A stretch of DNA of 64,000 nucleotides from the human T2T-CHM13v2.0 reference genome, Homo sapiens (GCF_009914755.1 NC_060936.1); one strand, 5' to 3'; counted from the first letter of the stretch, positions 1-31,649 are shown. Numbers and translations: made by a program. The notes: generated from the letters alone by a model not told the origin.

Positions 1-87
1 GGGGCCCCGGATGCACTGAGCGGCTGCGGCGCGGCTTCCATCCTCCCGCCCTCCTGACGCGGCCGGAGCGCAGCCCTGAGGCCCAGG
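1..87 (+). other. EP400: EP400 exon 1 (5'UTR; true 5' end not determinable)
   Basis: Near-consensus donor AGG|GTAAGT at 88 inside the CpG island; no long ORF. Confidence 0.85.
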
Positions 88-740
88 GTAAGTGAGGGCG
101 GAGGCGCGGGACGGGGGCGGGAGGCTCTCGGGACGGCAGCGTCCAGGGTCCGGGGTCGCGTAGCCGCAGCCGCGGGCGTACAGGGCCCGCTCGCCGGCCG
201 GCCTCGGGCGTCGCGTGGGGACCAGGCCGTGGCGGCTGTCGTGAGCGACCCCGGGCGGGCGACCGGGCTGAGGGCTCACGGGCCCGGGTCTTTCGAGTCG
301 TAGCGCCCGTCCCCCGCAGGTCGCGCGATCCGCGCCCATTTCTCGTGGCCCCCCGGGCTCCTGGGCTGGGGGCGTGGCCGAGGGCAGCTCGGCGCGGCGG
401 CGTTGCGGGAACCGGGGGACTCCGGCCCGCGCCTCCTGGTTCTCGGGGCTGAGGGGGTGGCTCTTGCTCCTGGCGCTTGCGTGGGCTTCCCTCGGGGTCA
501 CGGACGCGACGCTGAGATGCGGGGATGGGACGTCCAGAACCACTTTCCTGAGGCGCGACGGGGCGAATTCACTCAGAACTTAAGGACCCCGCGTCCCGGG
601 CGTCCCGGAACGCGCCGCCACAGGGGTTACAGTGAGGTCCGAATCCGCTCCTTCTCGGCGTAGACCTGCCCGGTCCTCCACGGCGGAGCCTTAGTAATTG
701 CCGCTGCCTCCCCGGGGGCGCCTCTCGTCACACACCTGCG
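1..740. promoter_or_regulatory. CpG island over exon 1 and the start of intron 1
   Basis: Very GC- and CpG-rich, GC boxes (GGGCGG), G-tract cluster at about 96-124; ends just before the first Alu at about 817. Confidence 0.9.
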
Positions 741-813
741 GCCCACGGGCTTCTGCTCAGCTGTCGCTGTGTCAGTGACAGAAAAGTAACGTATCCCAGT
801 GCTTTATTAGTAA

Positions 814-2803
<1,990 letters not shown>

Positions 2804-3084
2804 GTTTCTTTTTATTGTTGAGGAGTACTCCTTGGTGTGAACGTACCGGTTTGTCTGTTGCCCGCTGATGGACCATTTGGATTGTTTCCAGTTCTTTGTT
2901 TTCCATCTTTTTTTTTAATAAGGGTAACACATGAACAGTTCACATTGAAAGATATCCAAACAACACAGAAATACATAGAGCTCGTTAAGAGTTCCTTTGC
3001 CCTTTCTCCCCATTCATCAGCTCCCCACAGCTACCAAATTTGGAATTCATTTTTCTGGGTTTCTTTCCATACATCAGAACATGC

Positions 3085-3330
3085 ATTCTCAGTGAGGGCG
3101 ATATCTCCAACAAGGGAGTGAAAATTAGTTATTGGAAGAAGGGTGAAAAAACTTAGGCATTACAGTGATTTGTGGCCTCCCGAAGATCCCAGTTCCTGAA
3201 CAGATGTACAGTGTGGTATATCTGTGTACAGCTGTAGTATTAAAATTCCATGGGGAGGCAATTAGGAGAGAAACTTATACAGATGTTCCTTAGCGGGGCC
3301 GTGGAAAAATAAAGATCAAGAAACAACAGT
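3085..3330. mobile_element. hAT-Charlie MITE remnant (MER112-like)
   Basis: Resembles a recalled consensus (gggcgatat...tggtattaaaatt.catgggg...gaaaca); diverged. Confidence 0.45.
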
Positions 3331-3781
3331 AGAATGATGGATTGGGGATTTATAACCTTATTATTTGGTGTTTGATGAAGCACTTCTTCAGTTTTTCTTG
3401 AACTTCTCTCACAAGCTGAAATAGATCCCACCTGTTCTAGTATAGGAGCTTTGGTTCATAAGGTTAAGGACCCACTACTACCTCCATGATTTAAAATCCT
3501 TGGAATTGTAGCCTGTTAAATGGAAGGGACATTGGAGACATTGAGGGGAGGCTTTCCTGTTGATCCACCATTACAGCACCCTGACAGGTCAGTTCTCTGT
3601 AGTAACATACAGTGTGATAAGCCCTAGACAATTTTCAAATTCAGTTTAGCCCACTTGGTATCATTCGGAATTTATATATTTCAGGAACTAGTATGGTACT
3701 TCTGTAATGTGCCCTTTGGTGGGAGAATAATGAAGGTTTTGTTAGCATATAGATCTTGGGTTAGTAGCTTTTAATTTGTTA

Positions 3782-5085
<1,304 letters not shown>

Positions 5086-5265
5086 AAAAATTAGGAGTAA
5101 AAATTGAGTTAAAATTAGAAACTTAGTCGTTAAAAATTTTTAAAGTTGTTTAGCCACCATTGGTAGCTTTGCTATCCATTAGGATACCTGTACTATGTTT
5201 TTGAGAAGTGTTATTTTAGATAAACAGTTTCTTTGCATTATAGTTGATTGTCTTTGTTTCTCTAA

Positions 5266-8875
<3,610 letters not shown>

Positions 8876-10672
8876 TTTTTATCTTCTGTAGATTCATGGT
8901 TTTTAAAAATCCGTTGTCCATTTTCTCACAGAGATAAGCAGTGATGTCCTTGCGATGAACAAGGGGTCTTGTTTGTCTTGGAGTAAGCAAGAAGAAGCTC
9001 CCTGATAGCTGTCCAGCCAGGGTTGAGGTGAAGGCACCTCAAGAAGACAGGGGCACCTGGGTGTGTCCAGCAGGACTGGAGAAGTCTGAATGGTGGCACC
9101 CAGGTCAAGCTGGCTTCTGTGGCAGGCCTAAGTGTGAACTGGAACATTGCGGAGTGGTGTGGCTCCTCACCCACTGGCTCAGTGCTAAACTGTGCCACCA
9201 AGAGTCCATCTGCTTCCCTTGAAAACTTGAATGAGATTTTTGCTCCTTTATGACAGAAGTTAGCTATTAAATAGATTGAAGCAGCAGCTGCCCCCTTGAT
9301 GTGGGACAGTGTCCAACCTCTCCTCTTGGAACGCTGGCACTGATTTGGGTGCCAGGTGCCACTCACCATTGCGTTTGCACCCTTGCTTCTCTTAGGGGAG
9401 AAAGAGCGACCACAGTGGGGAACAGACGGGGCTGCAGTGGTGGGGCTCACTGCTTATCTTTAGTCCTCCTTTCCCCTGTAGATACTGGAGTCTGTAGCCC
9501 AGGTCTGACCCTGTCTCACCACAGGATTACCCTTGTCTGCTCCATCCTCTGCTTCATCCTGTCCTGAAACCTGACTTTCCTCAGTGGCCCCTTCTGCTCC
9601 TCCCCTGCTGTTTCTCATCCACTTGTGCTCAGCAGCGTTTGGGTTACAGCTCCTTTGAGATTGTGGTACAGCCTCCCAGAGAGTTTGCAAAGCCAGAAAG
9701 GCAACTCACCCCAGAGTGAGAGCCAGGTCCTGGCCATCTCCTTCTCTCTCCCTTGAGACCTTCTCACAGTTTCTTCTCTTCGTGTGTTCTTAGGGAGAAT
9801 GTTGAGATCTGAGGCTGTTCCCTACCTTCCACTCCAGGACTTGGTGTCATGTTTTCTCCTAGCTCCTGGCACAGGCTGGCAGCCTCCCCAGGGCAAGGAC
9901 TGTCTTACCCGTGTCTGTCTCTACTCTCCTGCAGTAGCCCCGGGCCTGACACACAAATGGGGCTCTGTGTCTTTGAATTGGATTTACAAGAGGAGAGTTT
10001 GCAGTTGAGGTAGTCCTGGAGGTTGATAAGAACTACTGGCTGGGGAGGGCTGGGTATTTGCTTCTGGCGAGGTGGTGCTGCACACCCTCATTCAGCAAGG
10101 GTCACAGAATGCCTCCTGGGCTCTGGGCAGCTGGGAGCAGGGAGTTGTCCCTCCATAGGGAGAGACGGGCGGAAGCCGGAAAGTCCACAGCGTGAATGTT
10201 GGCTTCAGACCTTGCTCTTCTGCCTGCTGGCTGCGTGGCCTTGAACAGCTCACAGATACTCCTGTAGCTCAGTCTCCTAGTCCTTCAAATGGGGTGTGAG
10301 TAGTACCTACCCCACAGGGCGGCCATGAGGATTTGAGGGATGGCCTGGTCTCTCCAAGCGCCCACACAAGTTAGCTGTTGAGGTCAGCGATGATCGGTAT
10401 GTTCCTCCCTCAGTAGGTGGTTTAGATTACCCACCCACTCCCGTGTGGCCCACCCTGGGCACAGCAGTGACTGAGGACACATTTCTCCAGCTGTGCCATA
10501 TTGAATGTGAGTCAGCTCTGTCGTTTGAATCAGATGCGGTGGGAATGTACTTTCAAAGTGTCTTTTCAGTGCTGTTAAGTGTCAATAAAACAGTTATGTG
10601 TGCCTTCAAGTGACTTGATTTTAATTTTAATTTTTAGGAGAACGACACATTGGATACAGAAGGGAGGTGATC

Positions 10673-12007
10673 ATGCACCATGGCACTGGCCCCCAGAACG
10701 TCCAGCATCAGCTGCAGAGGTCCAGGGCCTGCCCTGGCAGCGAGGGTGAGGAGCAGCCGGCCCACCCCAACCCACCCCCGTCCCCCGCAGCTCCCTTCGC
10801 TCCCTCAGCAAGCCCGTCGGCACCCCAGTCTCCCAGTTATCAAATACAGCAGCTGATGAATAGGAGCCCTGCAACCGGGCAGAACGTGAACATCACCCTG
10901 CAGAGCGTGGGCCCTGTCGTCGGGGGAAACCAGCAGATCACACTGGCCCCACTGCCGCTCCCCAGCCCCACCTCTCCAGGCTTCCAGTTCAGCGCTCAGC
11001 CTCGGCGGTTTGAGCATGGGTCTCCATCATACATTCAGGTCACGTCCCCCTTGTCCCAGCAGGTCCAGACCCAGAGTCCCACGCAGCCCAGTCCGGGGCC
11101 GGGGCAGGCCTTGCAGAATGTGCGTGCAGGTGCCCCTGGCCCTGGGCTGGGCCTCTGCAGCAGCAGCCCTACAGGGGGCTTCGTGGATGCCAGCGTGCTG
11201 GTGAGGCAGATCAGCTTGAGCCCCTCCAGTGGTGGACACTTTGTGTTTCAGGATGGGTCAGGGCTCACCCAGATCGCCCAGGGAGCCCAGGTTCAGCTCC
11301 AGCACCCGGGTACGCCCATCACAGTCCGAGAGCGGAGACCCTCCCAGCCCCACACACAGTCAGGGGGCACCATCCACCACCTGGGACCCCAGAGCCCTGC
11401 AGCCGCGGGTGGGGCCGGCCTGCAGCCCCTGGCCAGCCCAAGCCACATCACCACGGCTAACTTGCCACCGCAGATCAGCAGCATCATCCAGGGCCAGCTG
11501 GTTCAGCAGCAGCAGGTGCTGCAGGGGCCGCCGCTGCCCCGGCCCCTGGGCTTCGAGAGGACACCCGGCGTGCTGCTCCCCGGGGCTGGGGGCGCAGCGG
11601 GGTTTGGGATGACGTCCCCACCCCCGCCCACCAGCCCTTCCAGGACTGCCGTGCCCCCAGGCCTTTCCAGCCTCCCACTCACGTCTGTGGGGAACACGGG
11701 AATGAAGAAGGTTCCCAAGAAGTTAGAGGAGATTCCCCCAGCCTCTCCGGAGATGGCACAGATGAGGAAGCAGTGCCTGGACTATCATTACCAGGAGATG
11801 CAGGCTCTGAAGGAGGTCTTCAAGGAGTATTTGATTGAACTGTTTTTCTTGCAACACTTTCAAGGGAACATGATGGATTTCTTAGCTTTCAAGAAGAAAC
11901 ATTATGCCCCATTACAAGCATATCTTAGGCAGAATGATTTGGACATTGAAGAAGAGGAGGAGGAGGAGGAAGAGGAGGAAGAAAAATCTGAGGTTATCAA
12001 TGACGAG
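10673..12007 (+). CDS. EP400: EP400 exon 2 coding part (exon 10638-12007; start codon; 445 codons; Q/P-rich N-terminus and poly-E)
   Basis: Acceptor tttttag|GAG at 10638; ATG at 10673 with A at -3; donor GAG|GTAAGA at 12008; phase 0. Confidence 0.97.
11948..11983 (+). repeat. (GAA/GAG)12 coding poly-glutamate tract
   Basis: 12 consecutive Glu codons ending 24 nt upstream of the exon 2 donor. Confidence 0.95.
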
Positions 12008-13584
12008 GTAAGAAACAGGAGTTAATTTGTTTAGTACAAATCTTCTAGATGATCAGAGTCTATGCGACAATGAATTAAGTAATAATTTATTGAGCCTGCG
12101 GTATTTCTAAGGTATTTCTAAGGTGTTGGGGCAAGGATTTGACCCATAAGTAAAAGTGAAGAATGTGTTTGGCCTCCTTCATGGGAAGGAAGAGCTGTTG
12201 AGCGCAGAAGTGTGTCAGGAGGAAGGGACGGAGCTGCGCTGTGATGAGTGCGTCTTCAACACCCAGTGTTTTCATTGAGCACCAAGGATTCATCTCAGGT
12301 TCAGAGAACTCAGCAAGCGTGTCCAGTTTTTTTCCCCTTGTATCTGGGTGTGTGGTTTGTTGGCTGACGCTGACAGCTGTCACCAGCCAAACGTGTGAAA
12401 GCCCAGCACCCTTTGTCTGGTTTTCCAAGTTTCACATTTTACTCGTATAGATCTCCTTAAAAACACCATCAGCATGGTTTTCAAACAGATTTAAGTCACT
12501 AGCTTTTTATAATAACCAGCCATAAGTCACTAGATGTATGTATATGGGACCTTCATCATTAAAATAGTTATTATGGCAAAAAACTGTTTGAGAAGTTATT
12601 CAATTTTTAGATGTAGTCTCAAGATTTGAGATCATACTTTAAACTCATTTTTACAAATACCTATTAAGTGATATTTAAGAGTGACTCTTTTTTAGAGAGT
12701 ATACTTTTTGGGTGCCTGGAATGGCACATAATAAACCCCCTACCTGAGATTTCTTAGTACCATGGTGAGTCTGAGACTTCCTGAAAACCAGGGTGAGAGT
12801 GAATTGGACTGTGACACACTGTATTTTGTGCCTTTGTGTTGTGTAGTGTATACTATGTTGGTGGAGCTTATTTTGTTTTATGATACAGTTAAAATAATTT
12901 AAATCTTTGTCAGCTCTTCTGCAAAGAAATCTGCTTTTGCTGAACAAAAGCTAGTCTCTTTGCTCAAGCAGTCCTTACTGGTATCTATGGATGTATTTGT
13001 GTGGCTTTGCCATTTTGTGTTTTCTTTTAACACCTTTTCCAGGATGGACCATATTTGTTTTTCAACAGGTTTATATGATTATTTTGAGGATTTCACCTCT
13101 ATTGTCCTGAAATAGTAAAATTCATTTCTGTTACGTTTGTATACCAATGTTGTCTGTAAGCTCAATCCCCCTTACCTGTGCTTAGAAAGAAAAACAAATT
13201 CGTTTTTCCAACTTCCTGCTGAAAAAGACCTTTGCCATTCTGACCCTACATATAACAGAGTGGCTATTCTGCAAATTTCCTAGGGAGTTGGTAGGGCTTT
13301 GTTACTTGAAGTCTGTCTGCCATATGCATTTTTAAAGTTTGAAGTTGCAGAATCTAAAGATATTGCACTTTGACTTAAATTGGAGTTTCTGCAAGGTTTG
13401 CAGTTTGAGTTAGGTTGTTGTGCTATAAATCTGTCAGTTCAGTATCCTTTCACAGGAATTGATGCAAAAACATTCCATTTTTAAACCCCAAATGTCAGTG
13501 AGCTATCAGCAATAAAATTCTAACAAAATTTTGAGCAGTTGTAAAAATTATGTTGCCTTTTTTTCTCAAAATATTTCCTCTCAG

Positions 13585-13695
13585 GTAAAGGTTGTGACAG
13601 GAAAGGATGGGCAGACTGGGACTCCCGTTGCTATAGCAACCCAGCTTCCGCCAAAGGTTTCTGCTGCTTTTTCATCCCAGCAGCAACCATTTCAG
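13585..13695 (+). CDS. EP400: EP400 alternative cassette exon (37 aa, [37 protein letters not shown])
   Basis: Acceptor ttcctctcag|GTA, donor CAG|GTACTT, 111 nt, phase 0/0, stop-free. The peptide is recalled from the long EP400 isoform. Confidence 0.85.
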
Positions 13696-14245
13696 GTACT
13701 TTTCGATGGTTCTCAAATGTAGTCTCATCCCAAACTTTTCCTTCATCCAGATATTTTAACCTTCGATATACTACTTGCTCTTCAGCATTTTTTTTCCAGA
13801 GCCCATTTCTTATTTTTCAACAGTAAAAAATCTTCCTGCGTATACAATTATAAAATTAAATTGCATGAGTTAATGATGACACAGATCTTAGTGCATTACT
13901 TTCTTTCGTATACTTGTAATGCGGTAGTAGCTTTAGCATGCATGTCATCTAATAGTCCTGTTGAATGTATGCTCAGGATTCCTTGTGTGCTGTGTTTTCA
14001 ATGTTGGTTCTTTCTTGTGTCCTTTATTTTGAGAACAGTGCAAAACAGAATAAGAAAAAAAAGATTCAAGTAGATGATAAATTGGTATTTTCCATAGCTA
14101 GAGGAAATGCTGAAGTGAAATACACTTCTGAAATCATCAGGACCACAGGCTTCTAAACGGATATTAAGTGAATGCAAACTGATTATTTTTAATTTTTTGC
14201 AAATTCACTCAGTGTTAAATTAGTAATGCCAATAATTTAAAAACA

Positions 14246-14566
<321 letters not shown>

Positions 14567-14629
14567 CTACTAGCTTTGGAATAGATAGTGTTGGGTTGTG
14601 AAAGCAGTTTCATCCTTGGGATTTTTGTT

Positions 14630-19760
<5,131 letters not shown>

Positions 19761-19820
19761 TTTGATTCTGCTATTTAGATACTCATTGTAATGGGTTTTA
19801 TACAATTGAAGATAACTCTT

Positions 19821-20125
19821 GGTCGGGCACGGTGGCTCACGCCTGTAATCCCAGCACTTTGGGAGGCAGAGGCGGGCAGATCACCTGAAGTCAGGAGTAA
19901 GAGACCATCCTGGCCAACATGGTGAAACAGTGTACTAAAAAACACAAAAAAATGAGCTGGGTGTGGTGATGTGCGTCTGTAGTCCCAACTACTCAGGAAG
20001 CTGAGGCACAAGAATTGCTTGAACTCGGGAGGCAGAGGTTGCAGTGAGCCAAGATGGTGCCACTGCACTCCCTTGGGTGACAGAGCAAAACTCTGTCTCC
20101 ACCGCCTCCGCCCCGCCAAGAAAAA
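19821..20125 (+). mobile_element. Sense Alu with TSD gaagataactctt
   Basis: TSD at 19808-19820 and 20126-20138. Confidence 0.93.
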
Positions 20126-20329
20126 GAAGATAACTCTTAAGTTGGAGATTATCAGAAAATTTGTTAGTGGGACATCTTTACTGCTAATGCCTGGAGGAAT
20201 AGAATATATTAATGCATTTATAGACCACACTGATAAGTATCTGCATTAGAACAGTAGGACAATAGGCCAGGAGTGCCTATCAACACGAAAAAGAGATGCA
20301 GTGTTTACAGTACAAATTAAACTGCTCAG

Positions 20330-21670
20330 AATTCCTGTTCCATGCACCAGATTGCCAGAAGTTAAACTGGAGAGAATCCGTTGATGTAGAGCTGTAGGAT
20401 TCTCATCTGCTTTTGATGAGAGTGGAGCTTGGTCTAGTTATTTGGAAACGTTTTGCATCATCTGGAAAAGGTGAGCAGAGAGCATACTCTGACCCAGCAC
20501 GATGCTCTAGAGAGACTCTTGTGTTTGTGCACCAGGACACATGTGCAGTAATGTTCCTCGCAGCATTGTTTTTGGCAGCCCCAAATTGGAAAGAACCAGA
20601 TTGTCCATTGGCCACAGAATGGATGGGCTGTGTCCTAGAGGAGTACTAATAGAGCACCCAGTGCAAAGCAGAGAGCCCTGCCATCGTGCACATTGATGCG
20701 CAGGTGTAAGCAAAGCTGAGAGGGTTTAGACACACACCCACAGGTGGTGACACTGTGAGGAAACTTTTTTTTCTTTTGGTTTTTGCTTTATTGAGATATA
20801 ATTGGCAAATAAAATTTTATAAAGTGTACAAAGCGATTTGGTATAAGGATAGTGAGGTGATTACCGCAATCAAATTAATTAACAGTTACCCTTGTTTTGT
20901 TTTGTTTGGTGAGAATGGCTAAGATCTACTCTTTCAGCAAGTTCCAAGTATACAGTGCAATATTATTAATTACAGGCTGGGCGCTTTGGCTCACACCTGC
21001 AGTCCCAGCACTTGGAGAGGCCGAGGCTGTAGGGTCACTTGAGACCGCGTATTCAAGACCAGCCTGCACAACATAGGACAGCATCTCTACAAAAAAATTA
21101 AAAAATTAGCCAGGTGTGGCATGTGTTCTGTAGTCCCAGCTATTCATTCAGAAGGCTGAGGCGGGAAGATCGCTTGAGCCCAGGAGGTTGAGGCTGCAGT
21201 GAGCTGTGATTGTGCCACTACACTCCAGGCTGGGCTGTAGAGCAATACCCTGTCTCTTAAAAAAAAAAGATTCCACGTGTAAGTGATACTGTACAGCATT
21301 TATCTTTCTCTGGCTTATTTCAGTTAGCATTATGCCCTCTAGGTTCATTCATGTTGTTGTAAATGGCAGGATTTCCTTGCTTTTTGTTACCAAATAGTAT
21401 TCCATGTGTATATACTATATTATCTGTTCATCTGTTGCTGGGCACTTAGGTTGTTTTCATAGCTTGGCTGTTGTGAACAGTGCTGCAGTGAACACAGGAG
21501 TGCAGATACCTCTTCAAGACACGGATTTCCTTTCCTTTGGCTGTGCACCCAGAAGTGGGGTTGCTGGATCATATGTTCATTCTATTTTTAATTTTTTGAG
21601 GAACCTTCATACTGATTTCCATAATGGCTGTAATAGTTTACATTCTCACCAACAGTGCACAAGGGTTCTT
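20330..21670. mobile_element. L1 remnants (sense about 20330-20720; antisense L1MA-like about 20770-21670, interrupted by a sense Alu at 20975-21268)
   Basis: L1 3'-end motifs such as ccagaagtgggttgctggatcatatg...gaacct.catactg. Confidence 0.8.
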
Positions 21671-22189
21671 TAGGGAAATGTTTAACAGACATTTTGGGTA
21701 GTAAGTGTAGAAGCGGGTGTATGGAGTTTTTAAGGTATGGGTAAAATTTTTTTTTTTTTTGTCTTCCAGTATAATCTCAAGAGCCAAAATGTTTATTTCT
21801 TAAGGCATGTGATGAGTATGTAGGGATCGCTTTATTATTACTGCTTTAAATTGTATGTATGTATTTTTCCACTTTCCTCCTCCACATCGTATTATGAAAA
21901 TTCCAAACAAGTTGAATGGATTGTTTAGTGAAAGATATCTTACTGTTTAAATTCTATGATTAATTTTACTGTGCTTTGGAAGTCTTACATATATTTTATA
22001 ATTTCTTTTGTATGTGTGATGTATTTCCTAATTAAAAATTCCTTGTAAGACGGAAAGAGGAAAACCAAGGAGCCTCCATTTTGAGTTACAGACTTGCGGC
22101 AGGTGACAGTGGATGTCTAAGAAAATAGAAAAGAGTTAAAATGGAAACATCCATTGCTTTAGGAAAAAATTCAGCGTGAGTTTTATTAC

Positions 22190-29280
<7,091 letters not shown>

Positions 29281-29746
29281 GATCTAAATTAATTAGATAG
29301 TTATTAATTGGGGTTTTAGTGTCATTTTCCAGTAGAAAGGCAATTTCACCTTTTTATTATTCGGTGTTTTTGGATGTGAAGTTATGCTGGGCAGTGTGAC
29401 TGATGAGTCGGCTGAGATTTGTCTCAGAACTGAAACTCATGTTTCCCAGCATTAGCCCTTTTGTTGTTTCCCAAGGACTGTAGGTTTGCATTGATTTGAA
29501 ATTCCATTAAAACCAGAATAATATGTCTTTTACAAGTCTTTTTTCCCCCAGAGGTAAGTTAGAACTTTAAATTGTTTATTATACATAAATATACATTACA
29601 CATGTATATTTAAAGACACGGGGTAGATAACATTCCTGTTATTAGAAAGGAAGGAGGTCGATGTTTGGGATAATTATGATAATTTGAGTTTATTCTTGTA
29701 ATGGCCTTCAGTGATCAAAATCTCATTTTTTCATCTTTTTTCCCAG

Positions 29747-29846
29747 CAGCAAGCCCTCGCAGGGAGCCTGGTAGCAGGGGCCGGAAGCACAGTAGAGACG
29801 GACCTGTTTAAGAGGCAGCAGGCGATGCCCTCCACAGGTATGGCAG
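29747..29846 (+). CDS. EP400: EP400 exon 3 (QQALAGSLV...MPSTGMA)
   Basis: Acceptor tcccag|CAG (alternative start 29750); donor CAG|GTACGT; 100 nt. Confidence 0.93.
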
Positions 29847-30614
29847 GTACGTCGGCACGGCTAGCGTGGCCTCGGGAATGCCCCCCTCTCCTTGGGCTGC
29901 CGAGGTACAGTTGCCATGAGTTTCTGAAGAGCAGTTGCTAAACTTGGTTTCTTCCTACTTTGAAAATTAACCTGTCTTACAGTGATTATCAGCTGAACAA
30001 TATTTACGTGAATTTTTCTGTGTCCTGAAGTGAGGAATTTTTCAGTTGAGCAGGTGTATTCCGTGTTGGTTTTCTGTATGCATTTGTAGGCTCTTGAGTC
30101 ATCACGGTGTGATTAAACACAAAATCATCTGCTTTCCAAAGTTGTCATATTTTTAAGCTGATTTTTTCAAATGATAAACTTAATACATTTTTATATAAAA
30201 GACTTCAACAGTTCAGTAGGGTATAACTTAAGTCTATGTCTGGCTTGGTACCTGCCCACTCCCCAGCCACAGCAGTAACCACTGTTAATGTTTCCCATAT
30301 TCTCTCTCACAGACCTTCCTCTCTTCATACACAAGCATTGTTACATATGTGATACTTTGAAAAAGTTGAGATGCGATCATATATAAGTTGTTATGTCTAA
30401 GAATATTAACTGAAGAGGCCATCTCTCCAGGTCATAACCTCTCTCAGTGCTCCATGCTGTTCCGTCTTGGGGATGGTTGGTTCTTTATCAGTCAGATCCT
30501 TGTCAGTGTTCATCTGTTAGTGCCACCTTGTGTCTGTTACAGTGAGCTAAGGATTGAACATGTAGTCTCATGGTTTTTTTTTCCTACATGTTTATCAGTC
30601 TATCCATCTGCTTA

Positions 30615-30919
<305 letters not shown>

Positions 30920-31541
30920 TAAAGGAAAAACGCCTAGAAATGAAATTGCTAGATCAAAGCGCAGATGTAGTTAAGTAATAATGGTGCTCAATTGCCCACC
31001 AAAAGGACAGGGCCAGTTTTCACTGCCATCAACAATTTCTGGTTCTTTCACATTTTGATCGTTTTATTAGGTATAAGTCATTTAATCCTCATTGATCTGA
31101 TGGGTGAAACATTCCTTGTTCTGATATGGGTTTCTTTAGTTTTGAGCACGCTGTGCAGCCTCATTCCCTGTGTGCTGGGCATTTGTGAGTCTGCTCCACT
31201 GCCCGCTCTCCATGCTCTCGTCCGTGTACTTGTGATGCTCCTCATGTGTGCCTGTGCTTTCTGAGTGCTAAGCAAGCCCACCTCTGCCCGTCACACACGT
31301 TGCAGTGTTGCCTCTCAGGTTGTTGCTTGTCCTTGGCCTTTTCATGATGCTTTTTCTTATATCGGCAACATTTTAATGAGAAATTGTATTTATCAGCCTT
31401 ATGTTTTATGGCTTCTGGATTTTAGTTCATGTATAGAAAGGCCTCCCTTTTCCAAGATGATAAAAACACACATGTTTTTTTCTACTACTTCTCTGGTTTT
31501 ATTTTTACATCAAACTGCACCTTTTTTGAAAATTATTCTAG

Positions 31542-31649
31542 AGCAGTCTAAGAGGCCTCGCCTTGAAGTGGGTCACCAAGGGGTAGTTTTCCAGCACCCA
31601 GGGGCGGACGCAGGCGTTCCTCTCCAGCAACTAATGCCGACCGCACAAG
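31542..31649 (+). CDS. EP400: EP400 exon 4 (EQSKRPRLEV...MPTAQ)
   Basis: ttctag|AG ... AAG|GTAAGG; 108 nt; phase 1/1. Confidence 0.93.

Noticed and set aside
374-663. Short ORFs in the CpG island
   Set aside because: Non-ATG starts and GC-driven stop scarcity.
10667-12025. 452-aa single-exon ORF ending VRNRS*
   Set aside because: This is exon 2 read into intron 2; the strong donor at 12008 and the ATG at 10673 define the real CDS. An intronic polyadenylation isoform cannot be supported from sequence alone.
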